Assembly: GCA_964384375.1 (NCBI GenBank)
Contig: CAYLLN010000002.1
Location: 59,248 to 123,247, forward strand
Length of the DNA: 64,000 nt
Origin: an uncultured Pirellulaceae bacterium
GTDB taxonomy: Bacteria; Planctomycetota; Planctomycetia; Pirellulales; Pirellulaceae
Direction: 5' to 3'
The notes beneath the pieces are model-generated. The model searched no databases. It saw only the letters and a list, made by a program, of their open reading frames with translations, and was not told the DNA's origin. Positions 26,049 to 35,700 of the stretch are shown piece after piece (the stretch's first letter is position 1; each line of letters begins with the position of its first letter). The translations under genes were made by a program, and so were the position numbers.

Positions 26049-27469
26049 ACGACCTGCTTGAGAAACTCGCCAGTTGGCAGGCCACGGAGTACGCCTACCT
26101 CGTGGCCGCTGGCTTGTTCATCCTGTCGCTGTACTGGATGAACAGTCCGCAAACCGCCCGCCGGAGCGTCATGGCGGGCGTGCTGGCGATGGGACTGGCC
26201 GTCCTCGGAGCGGCTCTCGATCCGCACATCAAATACTGGGGCTGGCTCGCGCTGGCGATCGCCTTGGGCTTCGCGGTCGGCGTACCGCTCTCGTGGGTGC
26301 CGCTCACGGCCGTGCCTCAGCGGACCGCCTTGTCGCACGCCTTCGGCGGTGTCGCGGTGGGACTCCTCGGCACCGCGAAGTTCTACGACTGGCTGGCTCA
26401 ACCGGGTGAACTCGACTACTTTCGCACGACCGCGATCGTCGCCGAAGTGCTGCTCGGATTTCTCACCTTCACCGGCAGTCTGATGGCCGCGGCCAAGCTG
26501 CAGGAGATCAAATGGATTCCGCAGCGGCCGGTGACGTATCCGTTCCAGAACGTCGGCAACTTCGCGCTCCTCGCCGTTGCGATCGTCTCGGGTCTGGCAT
26601 TGATCGTCGATCCTGAAGAGTTCTCTTACTTGTTTCCGCTCATTGTGGTCCTCGCACTCGCATTTGGCGTGCTCCTCGTGCTCCCCATCGGCGGCGCCGA
26701 CATGCCCACGGTCATCTCGCTGCTCAATTCGTATGCCGGCTTGTCGGCGGTCGCGCTCGGCTTTGCCCTCGACAACATGCTGCTGGTGACGGCTGGCGCG
26801 CTCGACGGATCATCTGGTCTGATCCTGTCGATCATCATGTGCAAGGCGATGAACCGCTCGTTCACGAACGTACTGTTCGGGGCGTTCGGTCAGGTGCAGT
26901 CGCGCACCGGCGGCGGCGAGGCCAAAACCGCCAAAAGCGAAACGCCCGAAGGGGCCGCCCAGATCATGGAGCAGGCGAGTCTCGTCGTGATCGTCCCCGG
27001 TTACGGCATGGCCGTGGCCCAGGCTCAGCACCGCGTGAAGGAGCTATACGACCTGCTCACGAAGCGCGGCATCGATGTGCGATTTGCCATCCATCCCGTC
27101 GCTGGCCGAATGCCGGGGCACATGAACGTGCTGCTGGCCGAGTCGGAAATCCCTTACGACAAACTCGTCGAGATGGACGAGATCAATCACGACATGGCCC
27201 AGGCCGATGTGGTCTTGGTCATCGGTGCCAACGATGTCGTGAATCCAGCCGCTCGGCACGACAAATCGAGTCCCATTTTCGGCATGCCGATCATCGACGC
27301 CGACAAGGCCCGCACTTGCTTTGCGATCAAACGAAGCATGAACCCCGGATTTGCAGGAATCGAAAACGAGCTGTACTTCGCCGACCGGACGTACATGCTC
27401 TTCGGTGACGCGAAGGCGGTGGTGGGGGAGATCGCCAAGGCGCTAAGTGGCGGCGGAAGTGGGCACTAG
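26045..27469 (+). CDS. pntB: NAD(P) transhydrogenase beta subunit
   Basis: Polytopic N-terminal half. C-terminal dIII domain with VPGYGMAVAQAQH, HPVAGRMPGHMNVLLAE and GANDVVNP. Confidence 0.92.
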   Translation: MNDLLEKLASWQATEYAYLVAAGLFILSLYWMNSPQTARRSVMAGVLAMGLAVLGAALDPHIKYWGWLALAIALGFAVGVPLSWVPLTAVPQRTALSHAFGGVAVGLLGTAKFYDWLAQPGELDYFRTTAIVAEVLLGFLTFTGSLMAAAKLQEIKWIPQRPVTYPFQNVGNFALLAVAIVSGLALIVDPEEFSYLFPLIVVLALAFGVLLVLPIGGADMPTVISLLNSYAGLSAVALGFALDNMLLVTAGALDGSSGLILSIIMCKAMNRSFTNVLFGAFGQVQSRTGGGEAKTAKSETPEGAAQIMEQASLVVIVPGYGMAVAQAQHRVKELYDLLTKRGIDVRFAIHPVAGRMPGHMNVLLAESEIPYDKLVEMDEINHDMAQADVVLVIGANDVVNPAARHDKSSPIFGMPIIDADKARTCFAIKRSMNPGFAGIENELYFADRTYMLFGDAKAVVGEIAKALSGGGSGH

Positions 27470-27483
27470 AAGCGACGTTGGGA

Positions 27484-27505
27484 GGGCGAGGCTCCTGCCG
27501 AGCCG
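27484..27505. repeat. module C repeat GGGCGAGGCTCCTGCCGAGCCG
   Basis: Same module as at 2914, 43805, 44433 and 59153. Lies just after the pntB stop. Confidence 0.75.
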
Positions 27506-27554
27506 CCTGGCAGTAGTATAATTGAGCGTCTCTTGGACCCACCGGAGCCGAATC

Positions 27555-27827
27555 ATGCTTATCGACACCGACAATCTCGTTTCTGCCGAGAAGTTTCGCA
27601 AAGATTTCGATCGCTATGCTGCCGCCGCAGGAGAAGGGCGCGGGCCGGTAGCGATCACGAGGGACTCGGAAGTGATCGGCGTCTATATGTCGCTACAGGA
27701 CTACGACGCTCACTTTGGCTCAGAAATTGCCGACTTGCTGAAGTCGCGCGAGAAGGGGCCGACGGTGTCGCATGAGGAAGCGTGTCGGCAACTGCAAAAA
27801 GTGATCAAGCGACGCCGACGGGCATGA
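27555..27827 (+). CDS. type II antitoxin (Phd/YefM-like)
   Basis: 90 aa. MLIDTDNLVSAEKFRKDFDRYAAAAGEGRGPVAITRDSEVIGVYMS matches the Phd/YefM N-terminal pattern. Its stop overlaps the toxin ATG (ATGA). A TATAAT hexamer lies at 27517-27522. Confidence 0.65.
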   Translation: MLIDTDNLVSAEKFRKDFDRYAAAAGEGRGPVAITRDSEVIGVYMSLQDYDAHFGSEIADLLKSREKGPTVSHEEACRQLQKVIKRRRRA

Positions 27828-28135
27828 CTGTCCCACCCAAACGAATTCTGAGATGGAAGCAAGCGGCAATCGACGATCTGGCCCGCGTCCTTAGAAACAT
27901 CGCAAGCGACTCTCCCAGCGCTGCGGAACGCTTTCATGACGAAATCATCGAGCGTATCGTCCTGTAGGCTTCGTTCCCGATGAGCGGCAGCCCTTGCCTG
28001 GAGTATCCCAAGGCGCGTCAGATTTTTTACGGGGAATACGTCGTGTACTACACCGTCAATCGCCGAGATCTGGTGATTCGGGCTGTGGTGCATGGAGCAC
28101 GACATTTCCGCAAGTCGTGGCTCCGCCGCAAGTAG
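27824..28135 (+). pseudogene. ParE/RelE-family toxin interrupted by an in-frame TAG (27965-27967)
   Basis: The reading frame continues across the TAG: ...AAERFHDEIIERIVL*ASFPMSGSPCLEYPKARQIFYGEYVVYYTVNRRDLVIRAVVHGARHFRK. The combined length of ~103 codons and the pattern fit ParE/RelE. Confidence 0.7.
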
Positions 28136-28143
28136 CTAAACCG

Positions 28144-29466
28144 CTACACCTCACTCAACTTCGGCAGCACCCACGGCTTGCGATACTCGGCTCGCGTCAG
28201 GTACTGGTTCGCGTCGGCGTCGTTCTTGAACGTGTAGCTCGCCGGATCGAAGTGCAGCGTACGGCCGGCACGCCAGGCGGCATTGCCCAAGTGGCACAGC
28301 AGGCTCGACGGGTGGCCAACCGTTTCCAGATCCGCAGCCGGCTTGCCGCGGCTCTTCATGCAGTCGAGGAAGTTCTTGACGTGGGCCACGTCGTTGCCGT
28401 AGCTGCCCGCCTCGTCCTTGATGAGCTTGCCCCGGCGGTCGAAGGCGCGCCAGCGGCCGTTGCCGATGACGACGTACCCCTCGTCGCCGTGAACGCTCGC
28501 CCCTTCCGCTTCGCCGTCGAGCGGATAGGCGTTCCAGACCCGCATCTCGTAGGTCAGCAGGTAACCTGGCGCGAAGTCGTAGGTGACCATCATTGTGTCG
28601 GGCCACTCCTGGGCGTCGTCGAAGTAGTACTTGCCGCCGTGGGCGCTGACCGCTCGCGGCACATCGGGGACAGTTTCCCCCTTCGCGGCTGCCGCGGTTT
28701 GCAGCGCCCAGCGGGCCACATCGAGTCGATGCACGCCGTCGTTTCCCAGGTCGCCGGTCCCGTAGTCAAAGAACCACCGCCAGTTGCCGTGAAAGCGAAC
28801 CTTGTTGAACGGCCGCAGCGGGGCAGGGCCGAGCCACAGGTCGTAGTCGATGCCGGCCGGCGGCGGACTGTCGGGAGGATTGCCAATCGACGCTTGCATA
28901 GCACTCTCCCACGCCTTGGCGAAGCGGACCTTACCGACTGCGCCCGTCTTCAAGTAGTCCATGCAGGCTAGAAAATGCGGTCCGCTCCGCGACTGCGTGC
29001 CAAGCTGCACGACGCGGCCGTGCTTCTTTGCCGCCGCCACCATCGTTTGCCCTTCGAGAATGTTGTGGCCGTCGGGCTTCTCGACATAGACGTCCTTGCC
29101 GGACTGGCAGGCGTGAATCGTCGGCAGGGCATGCCAGTGGTCGGGCGTTCCGAGCACGAGCGCGTCGAGCGTCTTGTCGTCGAGTGCCTGGCGATAGTCC
29201 TTAATGCCGGTCGCCTTGTGGCCAGCCTTCTGCACGGCTGCGACTCTCGACGCGAGCACACTTTCGTCGATGTCGCAGACATAGCGAACCTCCACTTCCG
29301 GCAGCGAAGCGAAGGTCGAAAGAACGCTGCCGCCGCGTCCGCGAATGCCGGCGACGCAGACGGCGATTTTCTCGTTAGCGGCAACGGCCTTGTTCGCAGC
29401 GATCGAAGTAAGCGCGGCGACGACGCCGGCGGAAGTGGACGATTCGAGGAAGTTGCGACGGTTCAT
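28144..29466 (-). CDS. Gfo/Idh/MocA family oxidoreductase with Tat-type signal
   Basis: MNRRNFLESSTSAGVVAALTS twin-arginine leader. Rossmann motif IAVCVAGIRGRGG. EKP motif (VYVEKPDGHN). Confidence 0.85.
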   Translation of the reverse strand: MNRRNFLESSTSAGVVAALTSIAANKAVAANEKIAVCVAGIRGRGGSVLSTFASLPEVEVRYVCDIDESVLASRVAAVQKAGHKATGIKDYRQALDDKTLDALVLGTPDHWHALPTIHACQSGKDVYVEKPDGHNILEGQTMVAAAKKHGRVVQLGTQSRSGPHFLACMDYLKTGAVGKVRFAKAWESAMQASIGNPPDSPPPAGIDYDLWLGPAPLRPFNKVRFHGNWRWFFDYGTGDLGNDGVHRLDVARWALQTAAAAKGETVPDVPRAVSAHGGKYYFDDAQEWPDTMMVTYDFAPGYLLTYEMRVWNAYPLDGEAEGASVHGDEGYVVIGNGRWRAFDRRGKLIKDEAGSYGNDVAHVKNFLDCMKSRGKPAADLETVGHPSSLLCHLGNAAWRAGRTLHFDPASYTFKNDADANQYLTRAEYRKPWVLPKLSEV

Positions 29467-29597
29467 AGGAGGAGAGGGGAGAGGGAAGAGGGCAGTGTAG
29501 AAAACTTTAGCCGTTGTATTACGTGCTCGTTTACCCACAATGTCGGTCACTCGCGAGCACGAAGCAATACTCGAATGGCAGCAGCCGACCTAATCGC

Positions 29598-30308
29598 ATG
29601 AACGAGTCGAACGTCCCGAGCCAGATGCTGGCCGGTCCGCGCGAGGTGTGGATCAGCTGCGTGGGCCCGGGGCCGTACGACGATTCCCTGGTGATCCTCG
29701 ATGGCGAGTTGTATCGCGACCGCGTCCAATCGAGTTCGATTATTCGCGATGTCGCAGCGACGAATCGAGTTCCTTCGCTCACCTGCATCTACGTCACTGC
29801 GGAAAGTGCCGCCGCCCGCCATGCCGATCTGACATGCAGCCAGCCGTTTACGCGGTTTCTGGCTGGCGAACTGGTTCCCTGGATTGAAAGCCAGATCGGC
29901 ACGCATCGGCGCTATTGGCTGTGCGGTCTAAGCCTGAGCGGCATGGCAGCGGCGTTTGCTGCTGTGCAGCATCCGGAAGTCTTTCGCGGAGCGGTCTGCC
30001 AATCCCCTTCGGCGTGGTGGAACGACGAGTGGCTGGCTGCCAACCTGCCGGCGAAGCTCTCACCCACCAGCCGGTTCTGGATCAGCGTGGGGGATGAGGA
30101 AACCGCGGAAGGGATCTCGCATCCGCCGACAGGATTGCTTCAACGCGTCAGTCAGCTTGCATCTTGTAACAAATTGGCGCAATCGCTGGCCAGTCGTGGG
30201 GCAATGGTGCGATACTCGGAGTTCCAAGGCGGTCACGATCCGTCGTGTTGGGCGAAGGAATTGCCGGCAGCCGTGGCTTGGTTACTCGACTCGGCGCCTG
30301 AAGAATGA
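29598..30308 (+). CDS. esterase (putative esterase / enterochelin-esterase-like alpha/beta hydrolase)
   Basis: GxSxG nucleophile elbow (CGLSLSGMAA), QSPSAWW, and a C-terminal FQGGHD. Confidence 0.7.
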   Translation: MNESNVPSQMLAGPREVWISCVGPGPYDDSLVILDGELYRDRVQSSSIIRDVAATNRVPSLTCIYVTAESAAARHADLTCSQPFTRFLAGELVPWIESQIGTHRRYWLCGLSLSGMAAAFAAVQHPEVFRGAVCQSPSAWWNDEWLAANLPAKLSPTSRFWISVGDEETAEGISHPPTGLLQRVSQLASCNKLAQSLASRGAMVRYSEFQGGHDPSCWAKELPAAVAWLLDSAPEE

Positions 30309-30715
30309 CATCCATGACAGTCAGTTCACAATCCGCGACGTTGCAACAGCTTTGGCCGCTGCTCACGGTCGAGGATATCCAGCGGTCGATCGCGTTCTAT
30401 CGCGACCGTCTCGGCTTCGAGGTGGTTGCCGAGGCAAAGTCGGACAACAAGACCTACTGGTGCCGTCTCGCCCGCCAAGGATGTTCGCTCATGCTGCAAC
30501 AGGCGGAACTGGCCGAGGATGGACCTGCGGAGGGTCGCGGTCGCGGCATTACGCTCTACTTTGTGTGCGACGATACCGATGCGATGCACGCGGAGCTCGT
30601 GGATCGCGGATTGTCGCTCGCTCTGCCGCAAGACGCGTATTACGGCATGCGGCAACTCTTTGTCCCGGAACCGGACGGATACGCGATCTGTTTCGAAAGC
30701 GAGCTTGGCAAATGA
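30305..30715 (+). CDS. VOC family protein (glyoxalase/bleomycin-resistance fold)
   Basis: LTVEDIQRSIAFYRDRLGFEV...YFVCDDTDAMHAELVDRG...FVPEPDGYAICF. ATGA overlap with the upstream stop. Confidence 0.8.
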   Translation: MTSMTVSSQSATLQQLWPLLTVEDIQRSIAFYRDRLGFEVVAEAKSDNKTYWCRLARQGCSLMLQQAELAEDGPAEGRGRGITLYFVCDDTDAMHAELVDRGLSLALPQDAYYGMRQLFVPEPDGYAICFESELGK

Positions 30716-30814
30716 AACGGCCCGCTGATTCGCTGGAATCAACGGGCCGCAAATGTTCAATCGGACGAGCGTCCTCTCGGTATCATCGGGAAGCTGACGC
30801 ATCCCACTCGCCGA

Positions 30815-31186
30815 CTACCCGCCCTTGTGATCCTTATGGCAGGCCATACAGTTGGCCGCTTTGCCGAGTGCTGCACCAGCGCCATCCTTGCCAGCCGCAC
30901 AGTCCTTGGCTGCTGCCACGAGCGCCGCGGTCTTTTCCTTCCAAGCGGCTTCGTCCCCCTTCGGCGGCTTATTTGCGGCCAGGGCTTCAAATTGTTCGAC
31001 GAGTTTCTTCTTCTCTTCGTCGGTCGCCTTGCCGTCGGCGACCTTCTTGCACAGACCGCCCTTCATGCAGGTCTTCATCACTTCCTTGATGGCGACCTTC
31101 GGCTTCTCGTCTTCGGCCGTCGTTGCGACCGAAAAGGCGAACCAGCCGCAGGCCAGCACCACACCCGCAACCAACATCTTGCGCAT
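30815..31186 (-). CDS. small secreted mono-heme cytochrome c (heme site near the C-terminus, class II-like)
   Basis: Signal peptide MRKMLVAGVVLACGWFAFSVATTA. Lys-rich helical body. CMACH motif ending 6 residues from the C-terminus. Confidence 0.5.
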   Translation of the reverse strand: MRKMLVAGVVLACGWFAFSVATTAEDEKPKVAIKEVMKTCMKGGLCKKVADGKATDEEKKKLVEQFEALAANKPPKGDEAAWKEKTAALVAAAKDCAAGKDGAGAALGKAANCMACHKDHKGG

Positions 31187-31344
31187 ACCAGGTTCTCCGC
31201 TTGCGTGAATGAAACGAGGAAATTTGGAACCCAACGTGCGGGCGCTAATGTAGCGGGGCGAAATGAGAAAAGCTCTATCCCACGCTCCGAATTCCCGCGG
31301 AATTTACGTCTCCACCCGGACGGGTGGATGCCGTGTGTCGTGCG

Positions 31345-31854
31345 TTAGTTCGCCTCGAACTCGGTTACTTCCGTCGGGTCGGTCAGCTTGTGATTGAGCC
31401 CCGCGTGCAAGCCGGCCCAGATTTGACCTGACTCGACGTGATAAACCCAGCCGATGCGGCGGTCGAGATTCGACGGCGGTACCGAACTGACTCGATAAAC
31501 ATTCGCGGTGTCGCTCAGCGGATTCTCGGGCATTTCGGTCAGGTATGGCCCGTAGATAAAGCCCGGTCCGCTGCCGATATCCCCATCGACGTTCGTCTTC
31601 TCTGTAAGCTGCGGCAGGCGGCGGCCGACGTGCTGATCGGGAGGCATCCCGCTGTGGTCCATGCGGTAGCGCTCGATCGCGTTGGTCACTTCGTGCAGAT
31701 TCGCGAGCATCGTCCCTTGCTTCGCGTCATCGACCGCTCCGCTCACCTGCGGAATGACGATCCCGGCCATGATCGCCAGCGCAACGATCACCATCAGCAT
31801 CTCGATGATGGTGAACGCGGCGCGACGCGCCGCGTCGGGGAGATCGACGAGCAC
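31345..31854 (-). CDS. orphan prepilin-type (GspG-like) protein
   Basis: RRAA-FTIIEMLMVIVALAIMAGIVIPQV with Glu at +5, followed by LANLHEVTNAIERYRMDHSGMPP. The start is uncertain: in-frame GTG at 31854 (13-aa leader) versus the ORF ATG at 32013. Confidence 0.65.
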   Translation of the reverse strand: MLVDLPDAARRAAFTIIEMLMVIVALAIMAGIVIPQVSGAVDDAKQGTMLANLHEVTNAIERYRMDHSGMPPDQHVGRRLPQLTEKTNVDGDIGSGPGFIYGPYLTEMPENPLSDTANVYRVSSVPPSNLDRRIGWVYHVESGQIWAGLHAGLNHKLTDPTEVTEFEAN

Positions 31855-32007
31855 GTGGCATGGGATCGTGGCGAACGTACAAAATTTTCCTTGGTAATCC
31901 AAACGAATCAACCATACGTTATGTCTGCCGCGGAATGGATGATTTTGTGCCACCTGCGGAAGGCCGAAAAGGCTGGTAACATTCGTGCCGGTTATGACGA
32001 CATTGCG

Positions 32008-33966
32008 ATGCATGCCGAAGGAACTCTCTCTTTGCTCGCCACGCTCACCACGATCGACTATGGCGTTATCGGCCTGTACCTGGCCGCGATGCTCGCGCTA
32101 GGCATTTACTTCAGCGGCCGGCAAAAGGACACCGCCGAGTTCTTCCTCGGCAGCCGCAGCTTCAGTTGGTTCCCGCTCGGCATGTCGCTGATGGCGACGC
32201 TCATTTCCGCCCTCACCTATACCGGCTTGCCAGGGCAAGCTTACGAACAAGGCCTCAAGTGCTGGATCATCCCAGCGTCGTTCTGGATCATCATGCCGCT
32301 GGTCGTGGGGCTCGTGATTCCGCTCTATCGCGGATTGGGGCTCTACTCGCTGTACGAATACCTCGAATATCGCTTCGATAGCCGTGTGCGGCTGACGGCG
32401 AGCCTCATTTTCGTCGTCTGGCGGCTCTTGTGGCTGGGTGGCGTTATCTATGCCCCCGTGAAGGCGCTCACGATCGCTGCCGGCTGGCAGGGAATTCCCG
32501 ACTGGTGGCTGATCGTGCTGCTGGGAATGGTGACGACGCTTTACACCTTTCTCGGCGGGATGCGGGCGGTGATTTGGACCGACGTCGTGCAGGGCTTTGC
32601 GATGCTCTTTGGCGTCGTGGTGGTGATCGTCGGCGTCTGGTGGCAGCTCGATGGTGGGCCGGAGCGAGTCCGCGAGATTGCCGCTGGCCTGGGACGCATG
32701 CAAATGGTCGATCTGCGGTTCAACTGGACCGATCAATGGTCGCTCTGGGGGGCCCTGCCGCACTGGGTGCTGGCGAATCTGTCGTTCTATGTGGCCGATC
32801 AGATCACCGCCCAGCGGATTCTGAGCGCGAAAAACGTCAATGCCGCTCGCACGTCGTACGTCGTCAATACGCTCGCCCTCTCGTTCCTGTTGCCGGCGCT
32901 CATCTACATCGGCCTCTGTCTGCTCGCGTTCTACCACGATCATCCACAGGACCTGAATCCGGCGTGGGTCGTCAATCTCGACGGACAGACGCGTCAGCCG
33001 ATCGTGGGAGCGGATGGCAAGCCGCTGCTTGATGAACGCGACCCGGCACACGACGTCCGCTGGGAAAACATCGATCGGCTTGTTGTCGAACAGCGTTTGC
33101 TCCAGCCGAACAACAAGGAGCCGTTCACATCGGCACAAGATCTTGTCGATGCGGAAACGAACCGCGTGCTGGTCGAAAAGCTCGCCATGCGACGGCCCCC
33201 GACCGGCAAGCTCAACGGCGAGTGGATCGTCCGCCGCGGTGCGCCGGAGAAAATGCTGCCTCAGTTCATTGCCACGCATCTGCCGTGGGGAGCGGCAGGG
33301 CTGATCCTGGCGGCACTCCTCGCGGCATCGATGTCGAGCATCGACTCCGGTCTCAACTCGATCTGTTCGCTCCTGGTGATGGATTTTCACCGCCGCTACG
33401 GCTGGGCAAAGAACTGGCTGGCCCGCCGCGTGAACAAGTCGCCGAGCGAGCTGACCGAAGCGGACGAGCTGCGCCTCGCTCAGCCGCTCACGCTCTTCAT
33501 CGGCGTGGCCGCTACGGTCTTCGCCATCGGCGTGTCGTTCATTGCCGACATCTTCACGATCATGGTGAGCGTAGCCAACACGTTCGGCGCGCCGCTCCTG
33601 GCCGTGTTTCTGCTGGGAATGCTCACCCGCCGCACCACCGGCACCGCGGCCTTTGCGGCCACCGTCGTGGGTGGCGCATTCACGCTCGGGATCACCATCT
33701 ATGGCAAGCTCGTCTCCGCTGGTCGGCTCGGAACAGGGGTCTTCGCATTCGCCGACATCTGGAACGTGATCTTCGGCGTCGCTTTCACGCTGGTCGTTGG
33801 ATACGGACTGAGCTTTGTCGTCGGCCGGCGCAAGTCGAACGTCGAACTCCGCGGCCTCGTCGCCGGTTGCGGCACGCTCGGTGTGCGCGCGTCAGAAGAA
33901 GTGACGCCGATTATCACCGCGCCTGAGGGAAACGATGTCGAATCGACCAGCGACCGCTGGCGATAG
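32008..33966 (+). CDS. sodium:solute symporter family transporter
   Basis: ATG at 32008 (MHAEGTL...). FFLGSRSFSWFPLGMSLMAT and AASMSSIDSGLNS are SSS signatures. About 13 hydrophobic helices. The ORF extension back to 31438 is antisense to the pilin gene. Confidence 0.85.
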   Translation: MHAEGTLSLLATLTTIDYGVIGLYLAAMLALGIYFSGRQKDTAEFFLGSRSFSWFPLGMSLMATLISALTYTGLPGQAYEQGLKCWIIPASFWIIMPLVVGLVIPLYRGLGLYSLYEYLEYRFDSRVRLTASLIFVVWRLLWLGGVIYAPVKALTIAAGWQGIPDWWLIVLLGMVTTLYTFLGGMRAVIWTDVVQGFAMLFGVVVVIVGVWWQLDGGPERVREIAAGLGRMQMVDLRFNWTDQWSLWGALPHWVLANLSFYVADQITAQRILSAKNVNAARTSYVVNTLALSFLLPALIYIGLCLLAFYHDHPQDLNPAWVVNLDGQTRQPIVGADGKPLLDERDPAHDVRWENIDRLVVEQRLLQPNNKEPFTSAQDLVDAETNRVLVEKLAMRRPPTGKLNGEWIVRRGAPEKMLPQFIATHLPWGAAGLILAALLAASMSSIDSGLNSICSLLVMDFHRRYGWAKNWLARRVNKSPSELTEADELRLAQPLTLFIGVAATVFAIGVSFIADIFTIMVSVANTFGAPLLAVFLLGMLTRRTTGTAAFAATVVGGAFTLGITIYGKLVSAGRLGTGVFAFADIWNVIFGVAFTLVVGYGLSFVVGRRKSNVELRGLVAGCGTLGVRASEEVTPIITAPEGNDVESTSDRWR

Positions 33967-33976
33967 TGCATCGCGT

Positions 33977-35065
33977 TCAATACGCCGGCTCCAGCTCCGC
34001 CGCGGCCGTTTTCTGTCCCTTGGCGAGTTGCCCAGCGGTCGCCTTCAGGATCTCTCCCGCCTTGCGGCACTGGGCTTCCGTCACATCGAGATGCGTCACG
34101 AGCCGCACTTGCTGCGGGCCGATCGCCAGGGACCACACGCCTTGTCGCTTCAACTCGGCGACAAACTCCGCGGCACTTCCCAGTCGCGGCTCAACGCGAA
34201 AGATCACGATGTTCGTATCGACCGTGTCGGGCGAAAGGGACAGTCCGTCCGCCTCGCGAACCGCTGCCGCGAGAATCTGCGCATTGGCGTGATCTTCACC
34301 CAGCCGCGAGCGGTTATGCTGCAAGGCATAGAGCGCGCCCGCAGCGATGATGCCGTCCTGCCGCATCGCGCCGCCGAACAGCTTGCGATGCCGGCGGGCC
34401 TCCTTAATCATCTCTTTCGGCCCGGCCAGCGCCGAACCGACCGGTGCGCCGAGCCCCTTGCTGAAGCAGACACTCACCGTGTCGAAGTGTTGGGCCCACT
34501 GGGCTTCGGCAATGCCCGTTGCCGCTGCCGCGTTCCACAGGCGTGCGCCGTCAAGATGCAGCCGCAAGCCCGCGTCGCGCGCCCAATCGCAAATCGCCAC
34601 GACCGTCTCATAGGGCTGAATCTTGCCAGCCCCGCGATTGTGTGTGTTTTCGAGGCACACCAGCCGCGTCCGCACGAGGTGATCGTTGTCGGGCCGCACC
34701 AGGCCGCGCAATTGCTCGACGCTGAGCACACCAGCCTTCCCCTCGACCGTCTTCGCCACGACGCCGCTCAGCTGCGCGAACGCCCCTTGCTCGTAGTTGT
34801 AGATGTGACAGCCCGCTTCGCAGATGAATTCGTCCCCCGGCTTACAATGAATCCGCACGCCGACCTGGTTCGTCATCGACCCCGACGGCATGAAGACGGC
34901 CGCCTCTTTCCCCAGAATCTCCGCCGTCAGCCTCTCCAGTCGCTGGCACGTCGGATCGACGTCGATCACGTCGTCCCCCACCTCGGCATTGGCAATCGCC
35001 TGCCGCATCGCGGGGGAGGGGCGGGTCACGGTATCGGAACGTAAATCAATCGGTGCAGCGGTCAT
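33977..35065 (-). CDS. ltaE: low-specificity L-threonine aldolase
   Basis: DLRSDTVTRPSPAMRQAIANAEVGDDV N-terminal signature. A PLP-fold lysine region (CFSKGLGAPVGS). Confidence 0.85.
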   Translation of the reverse strand: MTAAPIDLRSDTVTRPSPAMRQAIANAEVGDDVIDVDPTCQRLERLTAEILGKEAAVFMPSGSMTNQVGVRIHCKPGDEFICEAGCHIYNYEQGAFAQLSGVVAKTVEGKAGVLSVEQLRGLVRPDNDHLVRTRLVCLENTHNRGAGKIQPYETVVAICDWARDAGLRLHLDGARLWNAAAATGIAEAQWAQHFDTVSVCFSKGLGAPVGSALAGPKEMIKEARRHRKLFGGAMRQDGIIAAGALYALQHNRSRLGEDHANAQILAAAVREADGLSLSPDTVDTNIVIFRVEPRLGSAAEFVAELKRQGVWSLAIGPQQVRLVTHLDVTEAQCRKAGEILKATAGQLAKGQKTAAAELEPAY

Positions 35066-35109
35066 AGGTTGTCTGCCGTCTAACGCATGAAATGGAGCTC
35101 GTCATCAGA

Positions 35110-35679
35110 CTACTCGTCCACTCGGCCGCCCGAAAGTAGGTCCTTCGAGCCCCGAGGGACAAGCATGTTCAGCCGCGATCGCCAGACGAGTGCCAAAACG
35201 ACTAACCCGCCGAGAAAACCAACGCCATAGCTTGCCGTGTGGGCGAATCCGTCGATCAGAAACGCCGTGTGCTGCTCGACAGGGACGAGTGATGCGAACG
35301 GCTCGACGAGCCAGACGACGCGATTGGCAGCTAGCACGCCCCCGATGATGCCCGCCACCATCGCACCAATCGCAGCGGCAATCATCAATCCCACAACCGG
35401 CCGTACGAGCGACCGCGCGTCGCGCTTGGGTAGCTTGCCCGCACGTGCCACAATCGCCAGCAGCACCCCAAGTCCTAGGCCAACCCACCATGTTGCGAGA
35501 ATTCCCCAACCGATCCCCAGCAGCGTCGGGTCTTCTGTTCCAAAGATCGGCGAATGGCCGATCGTGAAGTATTCGACGCAGATCCGCGCTGTGATCTGGT
35601 CGTGAACGATTCCGTACGCGATCGCCGCAGCCACCGCGAGTGCGACGATTTTCAGCGATTCCATCTGTCGGGCTCCCAT
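35110..35679 (-). CDS. hypothetical polytopic membrane protein
   Basis: Four to five hydrophobic helices. No family recognised. Start at 35679 or 35664. Confidence 0.5.
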   Translation of the reverse strand: MGARQMESLKIVALAVAAAIAYGIVHDQITARICVEYFTIGHSPIFGTEDPTLLGIGWGILATWWVGLGLGVLLAIVARAGKLPKRDARSLVRPVVGLMIAAAIGAMVAGIIGGVLAANRVVWLVEPFASLVPVEQHTAFLIDGFAHTASYGVGFLGGLVVLALVWRSRLNMLVPRGSKDLLSGGRVDE

Positions 35680-35700
35680 CGCCCACTTTACTCTACTGGT

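Noticed and set aside
27710-28105. 131-aa minus-strand ORF across the toxin-antitoxin locus
   Set aside because: It is antisense to a coherent Phd-ParE pair with the classic ATGA coupling, and has no motifs of its own.
31438-32007. N-terminal 190-codon extension of the SSS transporter ORF
   Set aside because: It overlaps the pilin gene on the opposite strand and is Arg-rich. The transporter homology begins at the ATG at 32008.
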